Positions 1 through 6,995 of a stretch of 41,061 bases of DNA are shown here, piece after piece. The stretch comes from a virus. Every line of letters begins with the position of its first letter. The stretch's first letter is position 1. The position numbers and the translations under genes are program-made. Where the stretch lies: IMG/VR virus record IMGVR_UViG_3300045988_053295, positions 1-41,061 of that record. One strand, written 5' to 3'. The notes beneath the pieces are model-generated. The model searched no databases and was not told where the DNA came from. It was given only the letters and a program-made list of their open reading frames with translations.

Positions 1-497
1 TTGCCTGTGGCCGATGCTGCGCCCCGATTGCCTGTGGCGGAGGCCGCGCCCTGATTGCCTGTGGCGGAGGCTGCGCCCCGATTGCCTGTGGCCGATGCTG
101 CGCCCCGATTGCCTGTGGCGGAGGCCGCGCCCTGATCGCCTGTGGCCGATGCTGCGCCCTGATTGCCTGTGGCGGAGGCTGCGCCCCGATTGCCTGTGGC
201 GGAGGCCGCGCCCTGATAGCCTGTGGCCGATGCTGCGCCCTGATAGCCTGTGGCCGATGCTGCGCCCTGATAGCCTGTGGCGGAGGCTGCGCCCCGATTG
301 CCTGTGGCGGAGGCCGCGCCCTGATAGCCTGTGGCCGATGCTGCGCCCTGATAGCCTGTGGCCGATGCTGCGCCCTGATAGCCTGTGGCGGAGGCTGCGC
401 CCCGATTGCCTGTGGCCGATGCTGCGCCCTGATAGCCTGTGGCGGAGGCTGCGCCCCGATTGCCTGTGGCGGAGGCCGCGCCCTGATAGCCTGTGGC
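1..497. repeat. 27-nt tandem repeat, 19 phased unit starts (coding, minus strand)
   Basis: Unit is gcctgtggc[cgat/ggag]gc[t/c]gcgccc[c/t]gat[t/a/c]. Units start at 3+27k (k=0..18) with no indels. Confidence 0.95.
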
Positions 498-857
498 ATG
501 ATTCTCTTTTTCGGCGTTTGCGCGCTTGATCGCGTCCTCAAATCCGATTTGATTCTTGACATATTCGATCTGCGCTTTCACGAGGCTGGGAACGCCAATC
601 TCAGCTTTCAACGTCATTTTTTTCGCGACGATTTTGCTGTCATTCGATTCACGCTCGTCAGTTACTCCTTCGGCATCTGCCTCAAAATATCGGCTTTCGT
701 TCGGTGCATAGTGGCTCAGCACATCAATCGGTTGTTCGCACGCGTGCAGGCCAGCCCTGCAAAGATGCGGCTCTCCATCAAAAACAGCGGTTTCGCCGAG
801 CTTGTATTGAAACCCGCGGCACTTCATATCCTTATCCGTGCCTTTATAAACTTTCAT
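1..857 (-). CDS. Nonapeptide-repeat protein, N-terminal part (DUF7666-like head domain plus repeats); continues at 40591..41061
   Basis: ATG at 857 lies 6 nt after AGGAGG. Translation is [52 protein letters not shown]..., then (N/Y/D)(R/Q)GAASATG units. The frame is open to nt 1. It is absent from the ORF track because there is no stop inside the window. Confidence 0.8.
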   Translation of the reverse strand, partial: MKVYKGTDKDMKCRGFQYKLGETAVFDGEPHLCRAGLHACEQPIDVLSHYAPNESRYFEADAEGVTDERESNDSKIVAKKMTLKAEIGVPSLVKAQIEYVKNQIGFEDAIKRANAEKENHATGYQGAASATGNRGAASATGYQGAASATGNRGAASATGYQGAASATGYQGAASATGYQGAASATGNRGAASATGYQGAASATGYQGAASATGYQGAASATGNRGAASATGNQGAASATGDQGAASATGNRGAASATGNRGAASATGNQGAASATGNRGAASATG

Positions 858-990
858 GTTGATCCTCCTGTTTCATCTTTCCCACCAGCCACAGTGGCGG
901 GAACAAATAACGATCTTCGTCCTCCGGCTCGTCCGGCTCGTACTCCGGCTCTGGAATGCTCAAGTACAGGTTTTCGCCGTCATACGCCAT
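844..990 (-). CDS. Small very acidic protein (48 aa)
   Basis: ATG at 990 follows GGAGGTGA. Translation is [48 protein letters not shown]. Its end overlaps the start of the downstream gene. It is below the ORF-track size cut-off. Confidence 0.45.
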   Translation of the reverse strand: MAYDGENLYLSIPEPEYEPDEPEDEDRYLFPPLWLVGKMKQEDQHESL

Positions 991-1324
991 TACGGCTCAC
1001 CTCCTGGCGGATCAGCGCTTCGCAAAAGCTCTGCACCGTGGAATAGCCGAGCTTTTTCAGAAGCCTGTCCAACTTCTTAGCCTGCTCGTCCGTCAGGCGG
1101 AAGTAATACCGGTTCACCTTCCGGCGCTTATCGCTGCGGTTCTTGGGCGCGTCCAGCGCCTTGATCGCCGCCGCTGCGTCGGGTTCTAGCCTGACACCGT
1201 ATTTCTCCGGGTGTTCGCATTGCGAAAGCAGAACCTTATTAAACTTCGGGTAGTCGGCCCGATGTACCGCGTCGACGCAGGCTTTCGCACCATGCCGGAC
1301 GCGGGAATCCGTTAAACTTGACAT
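980..1324 (-). CDS. Hypothetical protein with ribbon-helix-helix-like C-terminus
   Basis: 114-aa ORF. The C-terminus YYFRLTDEQAKKLDRLLKKLGYSTVQSFCEALIRQ fits the RHH strand-helix-helix pattern (CopG/MobC-like). Confidence 0.55.
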   Translation of the reverse strand: MSSLTDSRVRHGAKACVDAVHRADYPKFNKVLLSQCEHPEKYGVRLEPDAAAAIKALDAPKNRSDKRRKVNRYYFRLTDEQAKKLDRLLKKLGYSTVQSFCEALIRQEVSRNGV

Positions 1325-1407
1325 AGGTTCCTTTCTGCCCTATAATAAAGGCGTCTTAAGTTTCCTTTCGGCCTCTGTCGCGTTGCCGCGCGGCAGGGGT
1401 CATTTCT

Positions 1408-1635
1408 TTATGCCAGCCCATACAAGAGTGTGCCGAGCGCGACGAAGCCAGTAACGACGCATTCATACGTCATTTCCGCTGTCCCGGCCATTGCTGACAG
1501 GATCATCGCCGCTCCGCTTACCCACAGACACATTCCTTTGATGATCCGCCGTGCCGCCTTGCGGGCCTCCAATTCCTCCCGCAGCCGTTCCCGGCGTTCC
1601 TCAGTCGTTTCCTCCTTCATGTTGTCCTCCTTCAA
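1408..1635 (-). CDS. Small membrane protein (charged N-terminus, two hydrophobic segments)
   Basis: 75-aa ORF containing CLWVSGAAMILSAMAGTA and VVTGFVALGTLLYGLA. Confidence 0.55.
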   Translation of the reverse strand: MKEDNMKEETTEERRERLREELEARKAARRIIKGMCLWVSGAAMILSAMAGTAEMTYECVVTGFVALGTLLYGLA

Positions 1636-1644
1636 ATATTTCCT

Positions 1645-1887
1645 TCAATAATCGATTGCGTTCAGAAACACTTCGCGCGGAATCCCGATCTTCTTGCAAA
1701 TTGCCATCATCCCGCGAAACTGCTTCCCCTGCGGGTCTTTCATCCATTCCACCAACGTGCATTTTGCGGAAACCCCGGCGGGCCTCATAAGATCGTCATA
1801 TGTAAAATTTGATGTTTCCAGATAGCCCTTAATGAGCCGCCGCATATTCAGAGATGTGTTATCTCGCCCCAGCTTCACCGCTGGCAT
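1645..1887 (-). CDS. Hypothetical early protein
   Basis: 80-aa ORF. ATG at 1887 follows GGGAGGGAAGG. It overlaps the 3' end of the Cro-like gene. Confidence 0.55.
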   Translation of the reverse strand: MPAVKLGRDNTSLNMRRLIKGYLETSNFTYDDLMRPAGVSAKCTLVEWMKDPQGKQFRGMMAICKKIGIPREVFLNAIDY

Positions 1888-2086
1888 ATTCCTTCCCTCC
1901 CTTCATCAGTTCCTCTTCCGGTACGCCGTAATGTTCAGCCAGCAGCTTTATGTGCTCCGGATGCGGTTTTGTGCCATTCTTCCAATTTTTGATTGTGCTT
2001 TGATGGACACCAATCAACTTTGCAAGCCTGTAATTTGATTCCTGGCGTTCAGCCTGTAGCCGCGCAAGAGTTTCAGAAAGATTCAA
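1859..2086 (-). CDS. Cro-like XRE-family HTH regulator
   Basis: TTG start at 2086 follows GGAGGTGA. The HTH is NYRLAKLIGVHQSTIKNWKNG. The gene is oriented opposite to the CI-like gene. Confidence 0.75.
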   Translation of the reverse strand: MNLSETLARLQAERQESNYRLAKLIGVHQSTIKNWKNGTKPHPEHIKLLAEHYGVPEEELMKGGKEYASGEAGAR

Positions 2087-2104
2087 GTTCTCACCTCCAA
2101 CTTA

Positions 2105-2133
2105 TTGACAAATTAGAGCAAGCGTGATAGTCT
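2105..2133 (+). promoter_or_regulatory. Candidate lysogenic promoter (toward the CI-like gene)
   Basis: TTGACA at 2105-2110, a 17-nt spacer, then an extended -10 TGaTAGTCT at 2125-2133. The motif ATTAGAGCAA (2112-2121) sits in the spacer. Confidence 0.45.
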
Positions 2134-2221
2134 AATTTTGCAGATATTAAATACCACACATCCGTCATCCCGGCGTGTTTTATCACGGCGGGCAGGGTTT
2201 TATTCGCTCTTTACGCATTTA

Positions 2222-2250
2222 ATTATAGACCATTATTAGAGCAATGTCAA
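2222..2250 (-). promoter_or_regulatory. Consensus sigma-70-type lytic promoter (toward the Cro-like gene)
   Basis: Minus strand reads TTGACA (2250-2245), a 17-nt spacer, then TATAAT (2227-2222). The spacer holds the second exact copy of ATTAGAGCAA (2235-2244, inverted relative to this promoter). Confidence 0.7.
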
Positions 2251-2305
2251 CGCTTTTTGGACTATTTATAGAGTATATTTTAGACGATTCTTAGAGGTGT
2301 TTTTT

Positions 2306-2608
2306 ATGGAATTTGCACAATGGCTGAAAGAAGAAATGGAAAAGCGCGGTTTCACGAACTACGAAATGGCCAAGCGCGCAGGAATACACCAGACAACTAT
2401 TGCTGGCTGGTTAGACGGGAAAAAGCCACAGCGTGAAAAGATAGATATGATAAAAGCTGCATTCGCTGAGTTCGACGAAAAAAGCCCCCTCGTCCATGCA
2501 GACGAAAGGGCTTTGGATGAAGAATTGGTTTCAAGGCTTACTTCTCTGACGCCGGAGGAGCGGAAGAAGGTTGATGCTTTTGTTCAAGGGCTTTTAGCAA
2601 ATCGTTAA
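2306..2608 (+). CDS. CI-like XRE-family HTH repressor
   Basis: ATG at 2306 lies 8 nt after AGAGG. The HTH is NYEMAKRAGIHQTTIAGWLDG. 100 aa. It sits on the int side of the switch. Confidence 0.75.
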   Translation: MEFAQWLKEEMEKRGFTNYEMAKRAGIHQTTIAGWLDGKKPQREKIDMIKAAFAEFDEKSPLVHADERALDEELVSRLTSLTPEERKKVDAFVQGLLANR

Positions 2609-2816
2609 GCTTCTTCTTTTCCTCATAGGTCAGTTTTTCTATGTATTTCCGAGCTTCCTCCCGTGTCATACGATTGACTCCTTTCCTTTCTTCTATAGTA
2701 CATTTTAAAACGTATGTTCGTTTATTTCAATAGGCAGTATTTCACAAAATCCGTATTCAATTTTCTACGCAGAAATTTTGAATAAGTACAATTTATAGGA
2801 CAGGAGAAGTGATAAG

Positions 2817-3299
2817 ATGAAACGAAAACGAAATAGCCTGCTTCGGCCGGTCGCGTGGATTGCAACAGTCGTGTTAATCTACTGCATAGGTCTAGTTTCA
2901 ACATTGGTCTGTACTCTTGGCGCTTGGGCGGTAAGCGAACTCAGCCGTCTTTCTACTGGAATGGTCATCCTTCTTGTAATTCTATTGGGAAGCGTATACA
3001 TTGGTCTATATTTCTACTCTGGGATTTTGCTTCCGCACCTGCTGGTATTTGCCTCTGATTTTATTTATCCATCAAATCATGCGTTTCGGTATTACTTTTC
3101 AGGCATAATCACGCTGATTTTCTGCGCATTTTCTGTGATTGGTTGTATTCGAGGGTGGATTGTCCAAACCGGAGATACAAGCATATTTTGGTTTTACGCT
3201 ACCTATTCTCATCTTGCCTTATCGGCGATTATTATGATGCTGCGCGGACGTTCATCATCAAAAGACCGGCATAAAGAAGCGGTAGAGAATGTTTTGTAA
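2817..3299 (+). CDS. Polytopic membrane protein (moron; candidate superinfection-exclusion function)
   Basis: 160 aa with 4-5 hydrophobic spans. RBS is GGAGAAG. The segment is visibly AT-richer than its flanks, lies between repressor and integrase, and is followed by its own terminator. Confidence 0.7.
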   Translation: MKRKRNSLLRPVAWIATVVLIYCIGLVSTLVCTLGAWAVSELSRLSTGMVILLVILLGSVYIGLYFYSGILLPHLLVFASDFIYPSNHAFRYYFSGIITLIFCAFSVIGCIRGWIVQTGDTSIFWFYATYSHLALSAIIMMLRGRSSSKDRHKEAVENVL

Positions 3300-3304
3300 A
3301 TCCA

Positions 3305-3338
3305 CCCCGCCGCCCGCTGGATGAAGCGGCGGGGTTTC
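3305..3338 (+). terminator. Rho-independent terminator
   Basis: ccccgccgc (3305-3313) pairs perfectly with gcggcgggg (3326-3334) and is followed by TTT. Confidence 0.6.
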
Positions 3339-3505
3339 CCTCGCAGCGAGTGGGAGCGCCGCCTGAGTACGTTTCCAGTGTAGCAGACAATATTTGTAAA
3401 AGTCCACACCCCAGAGTTCAAATCGCTGCTCAAAATTAAAAAAACGTGTATTCAAAATTACGAATTTTAACCTATTTTGGAATTTTGTTGTTGGAGGCGT
3501 TTGTT

Positions 3506-4087
3506 TTGACATCAATGGAGAAGCTTGCACCGTTTTTTGAAGCCTATTCAGAAAAGGTCAAGCGGAGAAGAAATGAAGTCGGAATGACGATCAGTGCGCT
3601 TTCGGAAAAGTCTGGCGTCCCATACTCAAATGTAAGCCGTGTGAACTCTGGTGTGCAGGCAAACCCGCTGTTGTACAACGAGGCTGCAATCGCCGATACG
3701 CTCGGCCTGTCGCTTGACGATCTATGCGGGCTTGACCATGCAGCTGGAAGTCAAAGTGATCTGCAAGCCAAAGTCCACAAGTTGGAGGTTGAAAATGCCA
3801 GGCTTACGGCTACGACCAACGCCCAGCGGGTGCAGATCAAGTCCGTGCATTCCTTCTGTTATCTCCTCATATTTTTCTGTGTATTTTTTGCAATGTCTAT
3901 AACTGTTTATCTTGTATTCGACGCAAAAGTCAAGAACGCGGGACTGATTCAGGAGGGAAAGCTATCTATTGCGATGTTGGTGTTTATCGGCCTGATTGTC
4001 GCGTCGATTGTAACTGCCGGGCTTGCAATTATGCGTATTATTCGCAAGGAGAACCAACATGAAGAAAGTCAAAGTCCCAGAAGCTGA
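3506..4087 (+). CDS. Membrane-anchored XRE-type HTH protein (HTH, coiled coil, two C-terminal TM segments)
   Basis: Likely TTG start at 3506, 8 nt after GGAGG (ATG at 3515 is an alternative). The HTH is MTISALSEKSGVPYSNVSRVNSG. The coiled coil is LQAKVHKLEVENARL. The TM segments are FCYLLIFFCVFFAMSITVYLVF and IAMLVFIGLIVASIVTAGLAIM. The gene overlaps the int start by 29 nt. Confidence 0.65.
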   Translation: MTSMEKLAPFFEAYSEKVKRRRNEVGMTISALSEKSGVPYSNVSRVNSGVQANPLLYNEAAIADTLGLSLDDLCGLDHAAGSQSDLQAKVHKLEVENARLTATTNAQRVQIKSVHSFCYLLIFFCVFFAMSITVYLVFDAKVKNAGLIQEGKLSIAMLVFIGLIVASIVTAGLAIMRIIRKENQHEESQSPRS

Positions 4088-5165
4088 AAAGCTTCCGTCA
4101 GGTTCCTACCGTTGCAGGGTGATGGTGAATGGGAGATCAAAATCATTTACAGCAGATACAAAGCGCGACGCGGAGCAAGCCGCTTTGGAATATAAGATAT
4201 CCGCAGAGCAGGAACAAAAAGAAATCTGTTCTTGTGGGCTTTTGCTGACAAAGGCGATTGACGAGTATATCAGCGCAAAAGACGCGATCCTTTCACCGGC
4301 CACAATTCGAGGCTACCGTGTCGTGCAGAAGAATCGTTTCCAGTCGCTCATGCAAACCAGATTAAATAACATTTCATTTATGAATCTGCAAAAAGCCGTC
4401 AACGAGGAAGCCAAGACGTGCAGCCCGAAAACGATCCGAAACGCCGTAGGCCTACTATACGCCGTGCTGAAATTCCACAGCATAGATATGCAGCCTGTGG
4501 CGCTGCCGCAGAAGATCGACAAGGAAAAACAGATCTACACGGAAGACGAGCTGCGCAAGCTTTTCGACACTGTGCGCGGAACAGACTTAGAAATCGTCGT
4601 GCTTTTGGCCTGCTGGCTCGGTATGCGCCGCTCTGAAATTATCGGCCTGAAATGGGAAGACGTCGACCTCAAGAAGAAATCTCTTCTCGTGGCCTCCGCC
4701 CTTGTGCTGGATGAAAACAATAAATATGTTGAGAAAGGCACAAAAACAGAGAAGTCAAGAAGGAGGTTTACGCTCCCGGATTACATCGTCGATCTTCTGT
4801 CCAATGCGCCGCACGATGGCCCCCGCGTTGTCATGACCAGCCCGCAGACAATTCGGAACAGGCTCGTCGCGGCGACAGAAAGGGCCGGCATTCCATTCTA
4901 TGGGATTCACGCGCTGCGGCATATGAACGCTTCTATCATGCTGTCCCTGAACACGCCCGACAAATACGCCATGGAACGCGGCGGCTGGTCGTCTGATAAG
5001 ACCATGAAGAAGATATACCAGCATACTATGACAGCCGAGCGCGAGAAAGTCGATGCAAGCATCGACGCATATTTTGACGCGATTGTGCAGAAGCAAACGC
5101 CACGTCGCTGGCATATCAAAAAATCCAATTTTGCCACGATTTTGTCACGCAGTCAAAAAGCATAG
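4059..5165 (+). CDS. int: Tyrosine recombinase / phage integrase
   Basis: ATG at 4059 follows AAGGAG. Motifs are GMRRSEIIGLKWEDVD (Arg box), HALRHMNAS (H-x-x-R) and GGWSSDKTMKKIYQH (catalytic Tyr region). It is adjacent to the att-like site. Confidence 0.9.
   Translation: MKKVKVPEAEKLPSGSYRCRVMVNGRSKSFTADTKRDAEQAALEYKISAEQEQKEICSCGLLLTKAIDEYISAKDAILSPATIRGYRVVQKNRFQSLMQTRLNNISFMNLQKAVNEEAKTCSPKTIRNAVGLLYAVLKFHSIDMQPVALPQKIDKEKQIYTEDELRKLFDTVRGTDLEIVVLLACWLGMRRSEIIGLKWEDVDLKKKSLLVASALVLDENNKYVEKGTKTEKSRRRFTLPDYIVDLLSNAPHDGPRVVMTSPQTIRNRLVAATERAGIPFYGIHALRHMNASIMLSLNTPDKYAMERGGWSSDKTMKKIYQHTMTAEREKVDASIDAYFDAIVQKQTPRRWHIKKSNFATILSRSQKA
5128..5150 (+). repeat. Candidate integrase arm-type sites (left)
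   Basis: attttgccacg-attttgtcacg, two tandem copies. The same motif recurs at 5355-5380. Confidence 0.45.
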
Positions 5166-5193
5166 TATTTTCAAGCACTATATCGTTTTCAGC

Positions 5194-5221
5194 AAGGGTT
5201 CGAATCCCTCATCCCCTGCCA
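5194..5221 (+). other. tRNA 3'-end-like segment: probable attP core
   Basis: aGGGTTCGAATCCCTcATCCCCTGCCA reads as T-stem, T-loop, T-stem, a 7-nt acceptor strand, discriminator G and CCA. No D arm or anticodon arm lies upstream, so it is a fragment rather than a gene. Confidence 0.6.
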
Positions 5222-5228
5222 GAAAAAA

Positions 5229-5262
5229 AGTCCTGCAATCTCAATGGATTGCAGGACTTTTC
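5229..5262. terminator. Bidirectional rho-independent terminator
   Basis: Perfect 12-bp stem agtcctgcaatc/gattgcaggact with a 6-nt loop. There is an A-run upstream and a T-run downstream. Confidence 0.75.
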
Positions 5263-5354
5263 CTTGTATATCAATGCTTTCAGGAATTTCAGGCGGTATT
5301 GTTTTTGCGAATGAATACTGGTTATCCAGAATGAATTTTGATTTTTCAGAACGC

Positions 5355-5380
5355 ATTTTTGCCACGATTTTTGCCACGAA
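5355..5380 (+). repeat. Candidate integrase arm-type sites (right)
   Basis: atttttgccacg-atttttgccacg, two tandem copies of the 5128-5150 motif, on the other side of the tRNA-like core. Confidence 0.45.
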
Positions 5381-5381
5381 A

Positions 5382-5840
5382 TCAGGACGCTATGCAGTGA
5401 TAATACGCGCTGATCTTTTCCTCCGGGCCGCCTGCGTCCTTGTCGTCAAGAAACGCTTCCGCCATATCGGCGTAAAACTCAACGGTGTTGACACCGTGCT
5501 TCTTTGCGGTTTTGAAGTAGTCGCTGTAGATCATATTCATTGCCGCGTACCAGACAGCCGGGTCATAGTGATAACCTTTTGACACCATGACCGCTGTTGT
5601 CTGTTCCATTGTCCAGTGCGGGCCGGTCGAGCCGTCGGCATTCTGCATATGCTCGGCCCAGTGTATGGCCGTTTCTCGGTCGAACGCTGCCGCATCCGGT
5701 TCGTCTGCGCGGAAGTCCAGCTTTTCCAGCCTGCGGATCGTCTTCGCGTACATACCGACTTCCTCCGCGCTGCCGAGCGTCACCGGCTTTTCCATCGCCT
5801 CGTGCAGCTTTGTGTAAATCTTTTCGATATATTCTTTCAT
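5382..5840 (-). CDS. Hypothetical protein (152 aa), att-proximal cassette gene 3
   Basis: ATG at 5840 follows AGGAGG. Translation is MKEYIEKIYTKLHEAMEK...GPHWTMEQTTAVM...YAAMNMIYSDYF. No family was recognised. Confidence 0.65.
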   Translation of the reverse strand: MKEYIEKIYTKLHEAMEKPVTLGSAEEVGMYAKTIRRLEKLDFRADEPDAAAFDRETAIHWAEHMQNADGSTGPHWTMEQTTAVMVSKGYHYDPAVWYAAMNMIYSDYFKTAKKHGVNTVEFYADMAEAFLDDKDAGGPEEKISAYYHCIAS

Positions 5841-5844
5841 CTCG

Positions 5845-6183
5845 TCACGCCTCCTGCATGTATCGGTAGAGTTTGTCCACGTCGTTCTGATCAAACCGCA
5901 TATCTCCCAGCAGCGGGACGGATACGGTCAGCTTGTTCTCAAAGCGCGGACGCGCCGCGTTATAGAGCTTGTCGAGGTCGATGTTTCCGGCATCGTCGAA
6001 GATCTGCATCATCTTTACCGCTGGATTCTCGCGCAGCGCAAGGATCTTCTCGCGGCTGCCCTCCATGATGAGTGCAAGCATGATCCCGGCTCCGATGCCC
6101 TTGCCGCCCGGCAGGTGCGGGATGACCTCATTGTCCGCGTAGCGCATCGCGCCGCGCATGGCCTGATCTATCGTCACTGTCAT
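5845..6183 (-). CDS. Hypothetical protein (112 aa), att-proximal cassette gene 2
   Basis: Clean ORF tightly packed with its neighbours. No family was recognised. Confidence 0.6.
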   Translation of the reverse strand: MTVTIDQAMRGAMRYADNEVIPHLPGGKGIGAGIMLALIMEGSREKILALRENPAVKMMQIFDDAGNIDLDKLYNAARPRFENKLTVSVPLLGDMRFDQNDVDKLYRYMQEA

Positions 6184-6232
6184 ACAGTTATCCTCCGTTT
6201 TCGGATGGGGCGGCTATTGCCGCCCCTTTTGC

Positions 6233-6868
6233 TTAGCTGTTGCAGCACCCGCCGCACTTCGGGATCGGGTTGTAGAGCGACTGCGCCGTGGTCGCGGTGC
6301 CCGTGGTGACGTCGGCGACCTGCTTGGGATAAAAGGTCGCGTTTACGTAGGTGACGATGGAGTTGTCACCGCAGCAGCGGCGCTCGGCCTCCATCTTCAC
6401 GGCGTCCAGCGCCTCCTTGCGGACGCAGTCAACGTCCTGCTTTACAAGCGTAAAGCTATCCTCGGTGCGCTGGTTGTGTACGGCCTGCTTGCACAGTGCC
6501 TCACGGACGTCCTTGAGCTGTCCGTCGATATAACCGTACATCTCCAGCATTTTCTGATCGTTGTACGTGTTGGCCTTGAGCAGCGCGATCTCGCTGTCCT
6601 TCGCGGCCAGCTTCTGCTCCCGGTCAAGATCGTAGCGCGTGACCGGCATATTCTCGCTGCACGTCGGCTCCTGCTGCCGCGCGGCGAGCATGGCGGCGAC
6701 CGTCATGGCAGGCGTAACCGCTGCGGCTACGTCAGCGGCTTCCGATCTCTTGTTCTGGTTGAGGCCGCCCAGCAGATTACCGAGTCCGCCGTTTGCCAGC
6801 CCCAGCGCGGCACCGCCGATGCCAAAGCCCAGCGCAGTCCCCGCGAGTCCCTTGCTTGCGTATTCCAT
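6233..6868 (-). CDS. Glycine-zipper / coiled-coil / Cys-rich-tail protein (211 aa), att-proximal cassette gene 1
   Basis: RBS is GGAGGT. The N-terminus is GLAGTALGFGIGGAALGLANGGLGNLLGG. The central part has heptad-like character. The C-terminus is ...RRCCGDN...PKCGGCCNS. Confidence 0.65.
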   Translation of the reverse strand: MEYASKGLAGTALGFGIGGAALGLANGGLGNLLGGLNQNKRSEAADVAAAVTPAMTVAAMLAARQQEPTCSENMPVTRYDLDREQKLAAKDSEIALLKANTYNDQKMLEMYGYIDGQLKDVREALCKQAVHNQRTEDSFTLVKQDVDCVRKEALDAVKMEAERRCCGDNSIVTYVNATFYPKQVADVTTGTATTAQSLYNPIPKCGGCCNS

Positions 6869-6891
6869 AAAAAATACCTCCGAAAAGTAGT

Positions 6892-6993
6892 AAACCGGCC
6901 GGTTTCTATTCTCAGTTTACCGGATCCCGGTTTTTCGTGGGGGACATTTGTGGGGCACTTCCGGGACATTTGTGTACCATTTGCGGGACATAG
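6892..6993 (-). promoter_or_regulatory. Regulatory region of the att-proximal cassette: 14-bp palindrome plus three 22-nt-phased direct repeats
   Basis: AAACCGGCCGGTTT at 6892-6905. GGGACAT(TTGTG) starts at 6941, 6963 and 6985. The region lies between a terminator and the 6868 start. No good -35/-10 pair was seen. Confidence 0.5.
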
Positions 6994-6995
6994 AA

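Noticed and set aside
1-497. CRISPR array hypothesis for the regularly spaced repeats at both ends
   Set aside because: The units are directly tandem (27 nt, no spacers) and in frame inside a gene. No cas genes or leader are present.
14-529. 171-aa plus-strand [20 protein letters not shown]... across the tandem repeat
   Set aside because: It is the antisense reading of the 27-nt repeat, with Arg/Pro/Cys/Trp-rich nonsense composition and no RBS. The minus strand gives a coherent protein continuous with recognisable head and tail domains.
2538-2669. 43-aa minus-strand ORF antisense to the CI 3' end as a real gene
   Set aside because: It has an RBS and ATG but lies in an imperfect palindrome, which explains its protein-like look. 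It is kept only as a low-interest finding, not as a feature.
3446-4058. Upstream ATG starts given by the ORF track for the HTH-TM gene (3446) and integrase (4023)
   Set aside because: There is no RBS at those positions, and the N-terminal extensions are hydrophobic or basic filler. Downstream starts have proper Shine-Dalgarno spacing.
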